Source of the DNA: Candidatus Levyibacteriota bacterium
GTDB taxonomy: Bacteria > Patescibacteriota > Microgenomatia > Levybacterales > UBA12049
DNA: 64,000 nt
Direction: 5' to 3'
NCBI GenBank assembly: GCA_052034235.1
Contig: JBPOIT010000007.1
Coordinates: 22,234 to 86,233, forward strand
The notes under the pieces are model-generated. The model had not been told where the DNA came from. It made no database searches and saw only the letters and a list, made by a program, of their open reading frames with translations. Positions 29,022-39,026 of the stretch are shown piece by piece (position 1 is the stretch's first letter; each line of letters begins with the position of its first letter). Position numbers and translations under genes: made by a program.

Positions 29022-29339
29022 ATGGGATTTCAAAAAATAACACATTCAGCTGATGTTTATAGATTGACGAGAACCGGTGATACGGAAAGTTATCATACAA
29101 CTCCTGTTATAACCGGTTTGGAATGCGGCATTTTTCCAGCTTCAACAGATATTCTAGCCGTTTATCCTGGTGAATCATCATTTCAGCTTTACGAGTGTTA
29201 CGTTTATGAATTTGTAGTTCTTAAAAATGGAGATAAGTTTAAAGCTTTAGGTGAAGAATGGATTGCAAGAGGAGTCCCGCAGGTTTTCGACACAAATCAT
29301 TTGTATTACCAGAGATTAGTACTTGAGAAAGTAGTGTAA
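29022..29339 (+). CDS. head closure/stopper protein (putative)
   Basis: Size and position between the connector and the gp10-like gene. Confidence 0.6.
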   Translation: MGFQKITHSADVYRLTRTGDTESYHTTPVITGLECGIFPASTDILAVYPGESSFQLYECYVYEFVVLKNGDKFKALGEEWIARGVPQVFDTNHLYYQRLVLEKVV

Positions 29340-29341
29340 TT

Positions 29342-29824
29342 ATGGCCGGATATAAATTAACCACCGATGTAATAGGAGCAGATGAGTTAAAAGCAGCTTT
29401 TTCGAAAGCTCCTGAAGTCGTGGCAAGAAATTTGAAGGATGCAGTGGGTAAAACTGCTTTTTCTGTTGAAGGTAAAGCAAAATCTTACGCTCCGATCCAA
29501 TATGGAAACTTGCGAGGATCTATCCATACAGAGGGACCAACTGTATTAAGCACAAATGTTGAAGCTGCAGTAGGTACAAACGTAAAGTACGCCGAATGGC
29601 AAGAAAAAGGAACAGGTATTTATGCAGGAAAAGGGATGATTACTCCTAAAAGTAAGAAATTTCTCGCTTGGAAACAAAATGGAAGATGGATTTTTGCAAG
29701 GCAGGTAAAAGGAGTAAGACCGAAGCTTTTCTTCAAGAAAGCAAGAACAGAAGCTTTGCCTTTATTGGAAGCGAATCTGAAAGCGGCAATGGCAAATATA
29801 ACAACGTTTTTAGCGAAAGGATAA
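29342..29824 (+). CDS. HK97 gp10-family neck protein
   Basis: APIQYGNLRGSI, VGTNVKYAEWQEKGT and PKLFF. Confidence 0.8.
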   Translation: MAGYKLTTDVIGADELKAAFSKAPEVVARNLKDAVGKTAFSVEGKAKSYAPIQYGNLRGSIHTEGPTVLSTNVEAAVGTNVKYAEWQEKGTGIYAGKGMITPKSKKFLAWKQNGRWIFARQVKGVRPKLFFKKARTEALPLLEANLKAAMANITTFLAKG

Positions 29825-29825
29825 T

Positions 29826-30227
29826 ATGAGTTACACAAGTATCAGAGCCGGTATCGTTTCAATGTTACAAACTGTTTCAGGGATTCAACAGGTCTATAAC
29901 TATGAAGCAAAAGAGCTAGCAAAATATCCGGCTGCAACAGTTACAAATCTTTCTCACAAAAATCTGTTTGCAGATACCGCAAGGAACAGAAGGCAATATA
30001 GCTTTATGATCCGGCTTTACTTTAGGACTGATGTAGCTCAGGATGCTGAAACGATTTTATCAACGATTACTGATGCAGTTATTGTAAAAATCGAATCTGA
30101 TCCGACACTTGGCGGTGTTTGTGATTTTGCCGAACCCTCTGAAGGGAAATGGTTATTTCAAGAACGCGAAGTTCCTCTACGCCTAGTTGAGATAGTAGTT
30201 ACCGCAATGAAACAAGTCCTCCGTTAA
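29826..30227 (+). CDS. tail terminator (putative)
   Basis: YPAATV and DPTLGG, upstream of the tail tube. Confidence 0.65.
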   Translation: MSYTSIRAGIVSMLQTVSGIQQVYNYEAKELAKYPAATVTNLSHKNLFADTARNRRQYSFMIRLYFRTDVAQDAETILSTITDAVIVKIESDPTLGGVCDFAEPSEGKWLFQEREVPLRLVEIVVTAMKQVLR

Positions 30228-30230
30228 AAA

Positions 30231-30262
30231 TGTATAAGACTTCGGGTATTCCTCAATAGAAT
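30231..30262 (+). promoter_or_regulatory. late-promoter motif copy
   Basis: TGTATAAG-N14-TCAATAGAAT. Confidence 0.8.
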
Positions 30263-30272
30263 TAGTTCGGAT

Positions 30273-30413
30273 ATGAAGAAATATAAATACTCAGGTTCAG
30301 TTGAAGTCCATATTGCAGGTGTCGGTATTGTAAAGCCTGGTGCTGAGGTGGAGACAGAAATTGAAATCAATCATCCAGATTTTAAGGAGATCAAAAAGAA
30401 AGAGGATAAATAA
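30273..30413 (+). CDS. 46-aa phage protein, not in the ORF track
   Basis: MKKYKYSGSVEVHIAGVGIVKPGAEVETEIEINHPDFKEIKKKEDK. Starts 10 nt after a late-promoter motif and fills the gap before the tail tube. Confidence 0.6.
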   Translation: MKKYKYSGSVEVHIAGVGIVKPGAEVETEIEINHPDFKEIKKKEDK

Positions 30414-30416
30414 CCT

Positions 30417-31367
30417 ATGTCAGCTGGACAATTAAATCAACTATCATTCAAACGAGAATCCACATGGGGAACTGCTGTAGTTCCCGATAAGTCTATTCCG
30501 GTCCATTTCTCCGGAGGAATTCAGACTGACAATGACACACAAATAATCTCAAATGCTCGCGCTGTTCTTCCTAAGAATCAAGACGCGTTCTTAGGTGCAA
30601 GAAAACATGAAGGAGAGTATGAGTTTGATCTTTTTGGAGATTATATCGGCTATTTCCTTCTCTCTGCTCTAGGTAGTATTTCTTCAGCTTTAAAAGGTGG
30701 AGAATCAGTTGTTTATAACCACACAATTACTGAACAGGAAACAAAACAACCTTTAACACTTGAACAGGTAGTTGGTGAGAATGTCAGACGATATGCCGGA
30801 GCGATTGCAACCGGATTTAAGATTTCCTCTAAAGCCGGTGAAGTTGCAGTAATGAGCGCTTCATTTAAGGCAAAATCTCAAGCATCTGCTACAAAAATTA
30901 CACCTGCCTATACTACAGCTCCAGTTTTTGACTTTACAGATGCGGCACTTAAGATCGGTGGAGTCCAAGTTACTGAAGTATCTAACTTCGAACTTGAATA
31001 TAAAAATAATATTGAATTTTTGGCTGCTCTTAATAACACCAACGATCCAGCTTTTAACTATGTAAAAGGCTCTGAGATCAAGGGAAAGATTGATATGTAT
31101 TTGGATAATACAACTCTTGCTGAAATGACAGCCTATCTTGCCAAGACCAATAGAGCTTTGGATGTTGTATTTACCGGAGATGCTATCGGGACTTCTTCAA
31201 ACTATGCTCTTGCAATTAGTATTCCAAAAGTTGTTTATACAGCAGCTGAGACAAAACTTTCGGACGACTACAACTTATTAAGTATCGAGTTCGAAGGATT
31301 GTATGATACTTCAACTTCAAAACTATTATCGGCAGTATTAACAAATTTACTAGCTAACTTAAACTAA
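30417..31367 (+). CDS. tail tube (major tail) protein
   Basis: ESTWGTA, YNHTIT and FELEYKNN, in the position before the chaperone and tape measure. Confidence 0.8.
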   Translation: MSAGQLNQLSFKRESTWGTAVVPDKSIPVHFSGGIQTDNDTQIISNARAVLPKNQDAFLGARKHEGEYEFDLFGDYIGYFLLSALGSISSALKGGESVVYNHTITEQETKQPLTLEQVVGENVRRYAGAIATGFKISSKAGEVAVMSASFKAKSQASATKITPAYTTAPVFDFTDAALKIGGVQVTEVSNFELEYKNNIEFLAALNNTNDPAFNYVKGSEIKGKIDMYLDNTTLAEMTAYLAKTNRALDVVFTGDAIGTSSNYALAISIPKVVYTAAETKLSDDYNLLSIEFEGLYDTSTSKLLSAVLTNLLANLN

Positions 31368-31368
31368 T

Positions 31369-31743
31369 ATGGAACCAATTGAATTTACTACTCCTGGACA
31401 GTACAAAGTGCTTATAAAGCCATATTTGACCTATGGTGAGTATAAGCAGATCAAACAGAGCATAAAAGACCATATTATGGTCGAATTGTCAGCAAGCGGT
31501 AAAGCTGAAGATATAAAAGCTGAGGATGTTAAATTCCAGCCTATCAGTTTGGCTAGTATTTTGTCCTCAAATGATATTGCTTTAAAGATTCTAGTCAAAA
31601 AAGTAACCGATAAAGATGGAAAAGACTTAGGAGATCCGGCGCAAGCAATTGATAACATGCCAATTGAAGATGCAGATTCAGTTGTTGAGAAGGTAAACGA
31701 GATCACAAAGGCTGCTGAACTCTCAAAAAAAAAGGGGATTTAA
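31369..31743 (+). CDS. tail assembly chaperone (G-like)
   Basis: Position in the tail operon, ending in the slippery sequence A AAA AAG. Confidence 0.8.
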   Translation: MEPIEFTTPGQYKVLIKPYLTYGEYKQIKQSIKDHIMVELSASGKAEDIKAEDVKFQPISLASILSSNDIALKILVKKVTDKDGKDLGDPAQAIDNMPIEDADSVVEKVNEITKAAELSKKKGI

Positions 31744-31958
31744 TTTCTGCTAAGGTCTTCCAGGCTTTCTACTCCGAAAACTTTCGTGTTTTTCCTGATG
31801 AAGTTAGGACCGTTTGGGTATGCGATATGTTGGGGATTACCTATTCTGAGCTTATTAAACAACCGGCTGAATGGGTGAATATGTATATTGTCTATCTGGA
31901 AGGTAAATCAAAAGCAGAGAAACAAAAAATGAAACAGAACCAAAGTAAAAAAAGTTAG
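31734..31958 (+). CDS. -1 frameshift extension of the tail chaperone (GT-like)
   Basis: The -1 frame is open for 74 codons, GDLISAKVFQAF...VCDMLGITYSELIKQPAEWV...KKS*, with no start of its own at the 5' end. Confidence 0.75.
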   Translation, partial: GDLISAKVFQAFYSENFRVFPDEVRTVWVCDMLGITYSELIKQPAEWVNMYIVYLEGKSKAEKQKMKQNQSKKS

Positions 31959-32106
31959 TCTTTTTTTGATAGCTTTATTGAGAACTCATATATCTTTCTA
32001 ATCCCTCTAGTCATAAAAAGAAGACCATCTACAAATGCTGGAAGAAAGATCAGGCGAATACTTTTTCCGATTAACTTTTTTGAATTTTCCAAAGGATTTT
32101 GCATTT

Positions 32107-32138
32107 TATATAAGATCGAGATCATTCCTCAATACAAT
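32107..32138 (+). promoter_or_regulatory. late-promoter motif copy
   Basis: TATATAAG-N14-TCAATACAAT. Confidence 0.75.
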
Positions 32139-32180
32139 TTGCTAGTAGTGTGTCGGGTTTAGACATACTCGTCAAGGTAT

Positions 32181-34073
32181 ATGGAAGAAAGAATCCTCGA
32201 AATCGTTTTAAAAGCAAGAGATGAAGCCTCAAAAGAAATTCAGAATGTGGGGAAGGAAGCTGGTGGATTAGCTAATCTCTTAGCCGGATCATTTAAAAAT
32301 GCTGCAATTCTATCTGGTGCGGCTCTAGCGGGTATCGCTGTTGAGGCGGTCCGATCAGTAGGAGCATTTGAAGAATCCCAAGCTGCAGTAGCACAACTTG
32401 AAACAGTATTAAAATCAACCAGAAATGCAGCTGGATTATATAAAGATGACTTAATAGAGCAAGCTTCGGCTCTTGAAAGAGTAACTTCTTATTCGGATGA
32501 AGCAATTATCGGCACTGAAAATTTACTTCTCACATTTACAAATATTAAAGGAGCAATTTTCCAGCAAGCACTTCCAGCAGTTTTAGATATGTCTCAGGCT
32601 CTAGGACAAGATTTAAAGTCCTCCTCTATTCAGTTAGGTAAAGCACTAAACGATCCTATTCAGGGTATTACAGCGCTTCGAAGAGTCGGAGTTTCTTTTA
32701 CTGATTCGCAGCAAGACATGATTAAGTCTTTAGTCGAGAGCGGAAAAACAATTGATGCTCAAAAGATGATTTTGAAGGAGATTCAAACTGAGTTCGGAGG
32801 AAGTGCCGAGGCAGCAGGCAAAACTTTTGCTGGATCTGTAACAAGACTTAAGAATCAAATTAATAACCTCGAAGAATCACTTGGTGGAATAATTGTTAAT
32901 GCACTTCAACCCTTCATTGATAAAGCTTCTAATGTAGCAACTGTTCTTGTGGAGTTTTTTAACGGTGCAAAAAGCCTCGATGATGTTACCAAATCACTAA
33001 AAGAAAACTTCGGGGGGTTTGGGGAGGTACTCGGAAACATTATTACTTTCTTTGCTACTCATCGAGAAGCAGTTATAGCATTAGCCGGAGCAATCGGTGG
33101 GTTCTTAGCAATAGCTCTCATTGCTGCAGGAGTGGCAATGGCTTCATTTATCGGCCTTTCGCTTCCTGTTATCGGTATCGCAATGTTGATAGGTGCTGCA
33201 GTTGCACTTCTAATTGCAAACTGGGGTAATATTTCCGGCTTCTTTATCAATTTATGGAATAGTATTGTTGCCAAATTCAATGAAGCAAAACAATTTGTGA
33301 TTGATATTTTAACTGCAATCTGGACTGTTGTTGGTCCTATTCTTCAGTCAATTTTTGATACTTTCTCAACGATTTTTAACGCTATTTGGGCAGTCGTTTC
33401 ATATGTATTTAATTTTATCTGGACTCTTATTCAGTTTTACTTCTATATCTATCTGGCAGAGATACAACTTGTACTTGGTCTAATTCAAGCTGTCTGGAAC
33501 GCAATTTGGGGAGCAATAGGACCATACGTTACAGCGATTTGGGAAGGAATTAAAAATATTATTTCCGGAGCAATTAATGGAGTAAAAACGATTATCACCA
33601 GTGTCCTTACTGCAATCAGTCAAATATGGGAAAACTCCTGGAAAGAAAAATACGAGACTGTTGTTTCCTGGTTTACGAAAATTCATAACTATATCTCAGA
33701 TGCAGTAAATAAGGTTAAGGGATTTTTTCAGGACTTGGCAAATAGCATTACAAATATCTTGTCAAACATCCATATTCCCACGCTTCATATAGAAACAGAA
33801 ACAAAAGAAGTAATGGGACAAAAGATTCAAGTTCCTAAGCTCGGTTGGTATGAGCAGGGTGGATTTGTGCCAGAGACAATGCTGGCGGTCTTACACAAAG
33901 GAGAATTTGTTTTATCAAAGAATATGCTTGCAGGTAATCAACCGGCTCCAATTCCAGGCAATTCTTACAGTACTCCTATTTCAATTGGTCCTGTATATGT
34001 TTCTGATTTAGGAGACGTTGATACATTAGCCCAGAGATTAGCTTTCTTTATGCAAACTAGCGGAAATCTATGA
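32181..34073 (+). CDS. tape measure protein
   Basis: IVLKARDEAS, LGKALNDPIQGITALRRVGV, W/F-periodic helical repeats and VLHKGEFVL. Confidence 0.9.
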   Translation: MEERILEIVLKARDEASKEIQNVGKEAGGLANLLAGSFKNAAILSGAALAGIAVEAVRSVGAFEESQAAVAQLETVLKSTRNAAGLYKDDLIEQASALERVTSYSDEAIIGTENLLLTFTNIKGAIFQQALPAVLDMSQALGQDLKSSSIQLGKALNDPIQGITALRRVGVSFTDSQQDMIKSLVESGKTIDAQKMILKEIQTEFGGSAEAAGKTFAGSVTRLKNQINNLEESLGGIIVNALQPFIDKASNVATVLVEFFNGAKSLDDVTKSLKENFGGFGEVLGNIITFFATHREAVIALAGAIGGFLAIALIAAGVAMASFIGLSLPVIGIAMLIGAAVALLIANWGNISGFFINLWNSIVAKFNEAKQFVIDILTAIWTVVGPILQSIFDTFSTIFNAIWAVVSYVFNFIWTLIQFYFYIYLAEIQLVLGLIQAVWNAIWGAIGPYVTAIWEGIKNIISGAINGVKTIITSVLTAISQIWENSWKEKYETVVSWFTKIHNYISDAVNKVKGFFQDLANSITNILSNIHIPTLHIETETKEVMGQKIQVPKLGWYEQGGFVPETMLAVLHKGEFVLSKNMLAGNQPAPIPGNSYSTPISIGPVYVSDLGDVDTLAQRLAFFMQTSGNL

Positions 34074-34900
34074 TAAGTTCACTAAACATTCGATCAACGA
34101 CATTTAATACTGGAAGTAATTTCTTTATTACTGAACTTCCTGGTCTTGAAATGCCTCCGATGCGAGTTGTTAATTATAACTTAGCAGGTGAGCATTTTGG
34201 ATTGTATGTTTCTGCGTTTTACGGGAAAAGAAGATTCTCTATCAAAGGATGGGTTGTCGGTAGTTCTCAGTCTGATTTTCAAACACAAAGAGATCAGTTG
34301 CAAAGAGATTTAGATATAACAAGTGGTGAGATTCCAATTAATATAACGCTTGTTAATGGAAGACAACTTACAATCAATGCAATTCTTATTGCGCTTGATT
34401 TTTCTCCGAAGCCTGGAGAATTAACAGCAACACAATTTAACGCTTCTTTTGATGCCTCTTTCCCTTTTTTAGTTTCTCAAACTGAAAATTCACAAAATAT
34501 TAACCTGGCAACCGGTGGAGGAGGAAAAGTACCACCGGATACCATGCCGATGGCACTTGCACCTGATTCAGGTGGAGCTAACTTTATCATCAATAATGGT
34601 AATGCTCCTTACTATCCTTTTGCTCGAATAACCGGTCCTGTTTTAAATCCATCACTCCGAAATAATACTTCTGGAAAGGTTGTTAGATTTGCAGTGAATC
34701 TAGCTGCAGGTGAATATATAGACATTGATTTCAAAAGAAAGACCATTTTTGATAATCAAGGAAGGAATCAGTATTCCACAAAATCTGGTGATTGGTGGTT
34801 TCTGCAGCCTGGTACTTCAGAGATTCGTTTTCTGGCCGACTCCTATGATGCTTCAGCAGTCGCAAATATTAAGTTTAGAGATAGTTTCTTAGGAATATAG
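34070..34900 (+). CDS. distal tail (Dit-like) protein
   Basis: Follows the tape measure. NNGNAP, ITGPVLNP and WWFLQPG. Confidence 0.75.
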   Translation: MISSLNIRSTTFNTGSNFFITELPGLEMPPMRVVNYNLAGEHFGLYVSAFYGKRRFSIKGWVVGSSQSDFQTQRDQLQRDLDITSGEIPINITLVNGRQLTINAILIALDFSPKPGELTATQFNASFDASFPFLVSQTENSQNINLATGGGGKVPPDTMPMALAPDSGGANFIINNGNAPYYPFARITGPVLNPSLRNNTSGKVVRFAVNLAAGEYIDIDFKRKTIFDNQGRNQYSTKSGDWWFLQPGTSEIRFLADSYDASAVANIKFRDSFLGI

Positions 34901-34901
34901 T

Positions 34902-35936
34902 ATGGGACTTTACGAATTTCTTATTAAAGATAAAAGTGGAAATGTAATTGCCTCTTTGGATTCAGCAAAAGAGAGATCTTTTGAAGTTTATTTGAACAAG
35001 TCAGGTGCTGCAGGCTTTACAATTTCACCAACAGATCCAAAAGTTACTCAAGATTTACTGTTGTTAGGCAATAAAGAGCTTTACATTTATCGTGCAGGAA
35101 CGCTTGTTTGGGGAGGAGAATTAGGTTATAGAAAAACCGATGTTGCAGATGGTCGCGAAGGAATCATGGTTACTGCAAAAGGTTTTATTGATTTACTAAG
35201 CAAAAAAATAATAGGGAGTGCTGCGACTCCTAAGCTCTACACCAATACTGATGCTGGACAAATTGCCTGGGACATTATTAATACAGTTCAAACCGGCACA
35301 AATGCTTCTTTTGGAATTACTGCAGGGAGTATTCCAGCCTCTGTTAATAGAGATCGAACATATGAATTTAAAAATGTTAAAGATGCTATTGAAGGTTTGT
35401 CTTCACTCAATATTAATAATGGGTTTGATTTTGAGATTGATGCTAACAAGCAGTTTTCAGTTTTCTATCCGCGAAAAGGATTAGATAAATCTGATCTTGT
35501 TTTTGAATATGGTAAAAACATTCTTTCTTTTTCGGAAACCCTGGATGCAACAGATATGGCGAATGAGATATTGGTTTTAGGTTCAGGAAATGGTTCTGAG
35601 ATGATTACCTCTGTTCGCGACTCAAACGCTACTACTCAGTCTCAATACAAAGTAAGACAAAAAGTAATCTCTTTTAAAGACGTTATAGAAACCGCAACGT
35701 TAAACGACAATGGAGATAAGGAGCTTTCACTACGACAGGTTCAGCAACAAATTATTTCACTGAAAACAAAAGGAAATCTTGAACCATTTTATGGATCGTA
35801 TGTTGTGGGAGATTCAGTAAGAGTAAAGATTAAGTACGGAATTATATCGATTGATTCGCTTTTTAGAATCTATGGAATAAAAGTAAAAATTTCCGATGAT
35901 GACGATGAAGATATAGAGTTAGTATTCAATCCTTAA
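34902..35936 (+). CDS. tail/baseplate hub protein (Gp37/Tal-like)
   Basis: LVWGG, GFDFEID, ANEILVLGSG and VGDSVRV. Confidence 0.7.
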   Translation: MGLYEFLIKDKSGNVIASLDSAKERSFEVYLNKSGAAGFTISPTDPKVTQDLLLLGNKELYIYRAGTLVWGGELGYRKTDVADGREGIMVTAKGFIDLLSKKIIGSAATPKLYTNTDAGQIAWDIINTVQTGTNASFGITAGSIPASVNRDRTYEFKNVKDAIEGLSSLNINNGFDFEIDANKQFSVFYPRKGLDKSDLVFEYGKNILSFSETLDATDMANEILVLGSGNGSEMITSVRDSNATTQSQYKVRQKVISFKDVIETATLNDNGDKELSLRQVQQQIISLKTKGNLEPFYGSYVVGDSVRVKIKYGIISIDSLFRIYGIKVKISDDDDEDIELVFNP

Positions 35937-35937
35937 T

Positions 35938-36171
35938 ATGGCATTACAAAAATCAATTATTGAAGAAATAAAAGACTTAAAGGATAGGCTTGATTCACTT
36001 GAGAGGGCGAATCAGGTAAAAAACATCAAAATTCCAACTGGAGGAAAGATGGTGGTTAATGCTGAGGCTTCCGATCCGCCGGTTCAGAATGGAAAGATTT
36101 ATTACAACACTACAACCAATAAGTACAAGGTTTGTGAGAATGGCACCTGGAAAACAATTACTACTTCTTAA
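35938..36171 (+). CDS. small tail protein
   Basis: Short coiled coil followed by DPP...GKIYYNTTTNKYK...W. Confidence 0.6.
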   Translation: MALQKSIIEEIKDLKDRLDSLERANQVKNIKIPTGGKMVVNAEASDPPVQNGKIYYNTTTNKYKVCENGTWKTITTS

Positions 36172-36174
36172 TTT

Positions 36175-36206
36175 TGTATAAGATTTCCGCTTTCCATCAA
36201 TAGAAT
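36175..36206 (+). promoter_or_regulatory. late-promoter motif copy
   Basis: TGTATAAG-N14-TCAATAGAAT. Confidence 0.8.
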
Positions 36207-36214
36207 TATTCAGC

Positions 36215-36529
36215 ATGGACCCAATAGAAGATACTCAGGCTGAAGAAACGCAGCCAAAACCAGTTGAAACAGTAGATAAAGCGCTTGAAGAGCGTGTGGC
36301 AGTTCTGGAAGAAAAAGTTGCAGCTCTTGAGCCGAAAGTATCAGATGTCGAGGAGGCAGTTAAGCCAATCCGGCAGACTTTGCAAGTGGTTATTGAAAGA
36401 GAAGGTAGTGTTACCAAAGTTCGAAGAAAAGTATTAGTAACTATTGCCGGAAATAGCCAAGAGAAATGGGAAGACGCGACTGAGGAAGTCGATCCACAAG
36501 TAAAGGAGGACTTATTAAATGGCACATAA
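36215..36529 (+). CDS. hypothetical coiled-coil phage protein
   Basis: LEERVAVLEEKVAALE heptads. Confidence 0.6.
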   Translation: MDPIEDTQAEETQPKPVETVDKALEERVAVLEEKVAALEPKVSDVEEAVKPIRQTLQVVIEREGSVTKVRRKVLVTIAGNSQEKWEDATEEVDPQVKEDLLNGT

Positions 36530-37490
36530 AGTAGCAGTCATTAACGGTAAACAGCCATCAGGAGGAACAGGTGGTGTTTCTGATGCCGATTTATCGAATA
36601 TCGGAGTCAATTTCCTCAATAAAGGGGTCGTGAAGGCCAATGATTATAAAGTCGCTGCTCAAGGTACTCCAAACATGACAGTTCAGGTTGCAGCTGGTAT
36701 TGCTTATTGTTTTAAGCCGGATGGATCAAATGTGTATGTTAGCAATCTTGATACAGCCCAAAACGCGACAATCGGAGCAAATGCTTCAGGTAATCCAAGA
36801 ATAGACTCGGTTGTGATAAAAATCGATCTAGGTGTTACTCCAAACAATCTTGCTGATAATGTAGCCACTATAGTTGTTGTTCAGGGTACTCCGGCCGCTT
36901 CACCAACTGCTCCCTCAGATTCGGCAATTCAAACTGCTGTAGGATCTGGAAATCCATTTCTAAGACTGGCGGATATAACAGTTGCCAATGGTGCGACATC
37001 TATCACAAACGGAAATATTACCGATCCAAGAGTTGCTGTAGAATTCAAACTCCTTTCCGGAAGAATCAGATATAATCTTTCAACCAGTAAGCTTCAGTTT
37101 TCGAATGACGGGACCACCTATAAAGATTTCGGTTCAGCTGGATCTACACCGACTTTTACAGTGGTTGGCACTCTTTCAGTTAATACTTCGGTAACACCTC
37201 TCCTGATTGCTCCAATTCCATTAAATATTAAAAAAGCCTTTGCAAGAGTAAAAACTGCTCCAACCGGTCAAGCTCTTATTGTCGATATTAATAAGAATGG
37301 TACTTCAATCTGGAATACAAATCAGGCAAACAGACTTCAAATAGCCGCAACTGCAAATTCTGGATCTCAAACCTCTTTTGATACTACCTCCCTTGCTGAA
37401 GGTGATTATTTAACTCTCGATATTGACCAGGTTGGTTCAACAATTGCAGGAGCGGATTTAACAGTTGAGATTCTTTGTGAAGGAGCCTAA
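36519..37490 (+). CDS. minor tail/baseplate fibre-anchor protein
   Basis: PNMTVQVAAG, NPRIDSVV, VQGTPA and LADITV...ITDPR. Confidence 0.7.
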   Translation: MAHKVAVINGKQPSGGTGGVSDADLSNIGVNFLNKGVVKANDYKVAAQGTPNMTVQVAAGIAYCFKPDGSNVYVSNLDTAQNATIGANASGNPRIDSVVIKIDLGVTPNNLADNVATIVVVQGTPAASPTAPSDSAIQTAVGSGNPFLRLADITVANGATSITNGNITDPRVAVEFKLLSGRIRYNLSTSKLQFSNDGTTYKDFGSAGSTPTFTVVGTLSVNTSVTPLLIAPIPLNIKKAFARVKTAPTGQALIVDINKNGTSIWNTNQANRLQIAATANSGSQTSFDTTSLAEGDYLTLDIDQVGSTIAGADLTVEILCEGA

Positions 37491-37492
37491 TT

Positions 37493-38662
37493 ATGAACTT
37501 TATTGGATTTGGTAACGGAAAAGATGGGGACTTAGTAGTTTCCTCTGCAAATACCATTATAAACAGCTACACAAGCCTTTCTGCCTCATATAGCGCAGGC
37601 GATAAGGTTTTTAATGTTGCAGATGCCACAAATTTTGCAGTTGGTGACGCAATTATTATTCATCAGTCGAGAGGTACGGGATTTGGTAATACTCAGAAAA
37701 ATAGAATTGAAGGGAAATCCGGAAATCAGCTTACTGTTAGCATTCCTTTTGATTATGGCTATGGAGATGACGGAGGAAACAGGCAGGCTCAAATTATTCG
37801 CTGCCCGGAATATAGTTCTGTAAAGATTAATAATACTGCTTCTATAGCGCCAACTGCTTGGAATGGGGATATTGGTGGAATTATTGCTTATTCATGTAAT
37901 GGGAAAACGACTGTTGATGGTTTCTTCAATTTGAAAGGAAAGGGTTATCGAGGTGGTCTTGGTGCAAATGATGATGCCGGAAGAATTCCTGCTTACTATG
38001 GCGAATCTGGTACTGGTCCCTCTGCGCAAGGACCAGGTGGAATTGATGGAACAGGTGCAGCAAATGGAGCCGGTGGAGGTGCAGGTGGCTCACGATCTGA
38101 TAACGGAGCAGGAGGAGGCGGTGGAGGTCATGCAAACGCAGGATCTAATGGCTTTACTGCTGGCTCAAATCCAAATCCTGGACAAGGTGGATCTTCTGTG
38201 GGTGATGCTGCATTTTCTAGTGCTCACATGGGAGCTGGTGGCGGTGGCGGTGGAATTGATGATTCTACTTATGGTGGACAGGGAGGAGATGGGGCAGGTC
38301 TTTTGTTTGCGGATTCTTATGAGTTTGTAATCAATAACAGCACTGGATATATCGATATGGATGGTACGAATGGTACTGGTCATGGAGATTCAGGAGGCGG
38401 TGGTGGTGGCGCTTCTGCAGGTGGAGCGTTTATCAGAGCTGTAAAAGGTGATATTGGCACTGATCGTATTTATGCAAGGGGAGGAACGGGTGGTCCGGCC
38501 GGTCATGCCTTTGCAGACGGAGGAGATGGTGGTCCTGGAAGTAAAGGAAGAGCAAGAGTTGAAGCCTGTACTCTTTCTGGATCACTCGGCTCATCATTTG
38601 CAGACTATTCATCAGTAGTAGGTGGGAAGGAATGGTGCGGAACCGGCACTGTAATGATGTAA
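37493..38662 (+). CDS. glycine-rich tail fibre/receptor-binding protein (putative)
   Basis: GNGKDGDL and extensive GGGGG tracts. Confidence 0.7.
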   Translation: MNFIGFGNGKDGDLVVSSANTIINSYTSLSASYSAGDKVFNVADATNFAVGDAIIIHQSRGTGFGNTQKNRIEGKSGNQLTVSIPFDYGYGDDGGNRQAQIIRCPEYSSVKINNTASIAPTAWNGDIGGIIAYSCNGKTTVDGFFNLKGKGYRGGLGANDDAGRIPAYYGESGTGPSAQGPGGIDGTGAANGAGGGAGGSRSDNGAGGGGGGHANAGSNGFTAGSNPNPGQGGSSVGDAAFSSAHMGAGGGGGGIDDSTYGGQGGDGAGLLFADSYEFVINNSTGYIDMDGTNGTGHGDSGGGGGGASAGGAFIRAVKGDIGTDRIYARGGTGGPAGHAFADGGDGGPGSKGRARVEACTLSGSLGSSFADYSSVVGGKEWCGTGTVMM

Positions 38663-38666
38663 AACT

Positions 38667-39023
38667 ATGCCAACTCAAGACTTAACAGATCATGACATAT
38701 TAATTACGCTTGTCGAATCGACAAAGAATAACCATACGACTGTTATGGATAAGATTTCTGATGTTAAATCGGATGTTATGGACTTAAAAAGTACGGTTAA
38801 TCTAAAAATTGCAGACCATGAAATCCGTATTAAAGAATTAGAAAAATTGCGAGATGAACTTCAACCGCATACATTAGTTGAAACTCTCAAGAAGAATGAT
38901 AAATGGATTAATGATTTTAAACTTACTTGGAAAGTAACACTTGGTATTGCCTCTGGAATTGCTACAGTCATTGGATTTATTTTGGCAACAGTCGCACAAG
39001 TCTTCAAACTCTTCGGACACTAA
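38667..39023 (+). CDS. coiled-coil protein with C-terminal TM helix (holin/haemolysin-like)
   Basis: C-terminal hydrophobic helix, next to the lysin. Confidence 0.5.
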   Translation: MPTQDLTDHDILITLVESTKNNHTTVMDKISDVKSDVMDLKSTVNLKIADHEIRIKELEKLRDELQPHTLVETLKKNDKWINDFKLTWKVTLGIASGIATVIGFILATVAQVFKLFGH

Positions 39024-39026
39024 AAA

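Noticed and set aside
36519-38662. Tail fibre genes as additional DGR targets
   Set aside because: No TR-like sequence or GFR-type ending was seen by eye. A BLASTN of the TR against the whole genome would settle this.
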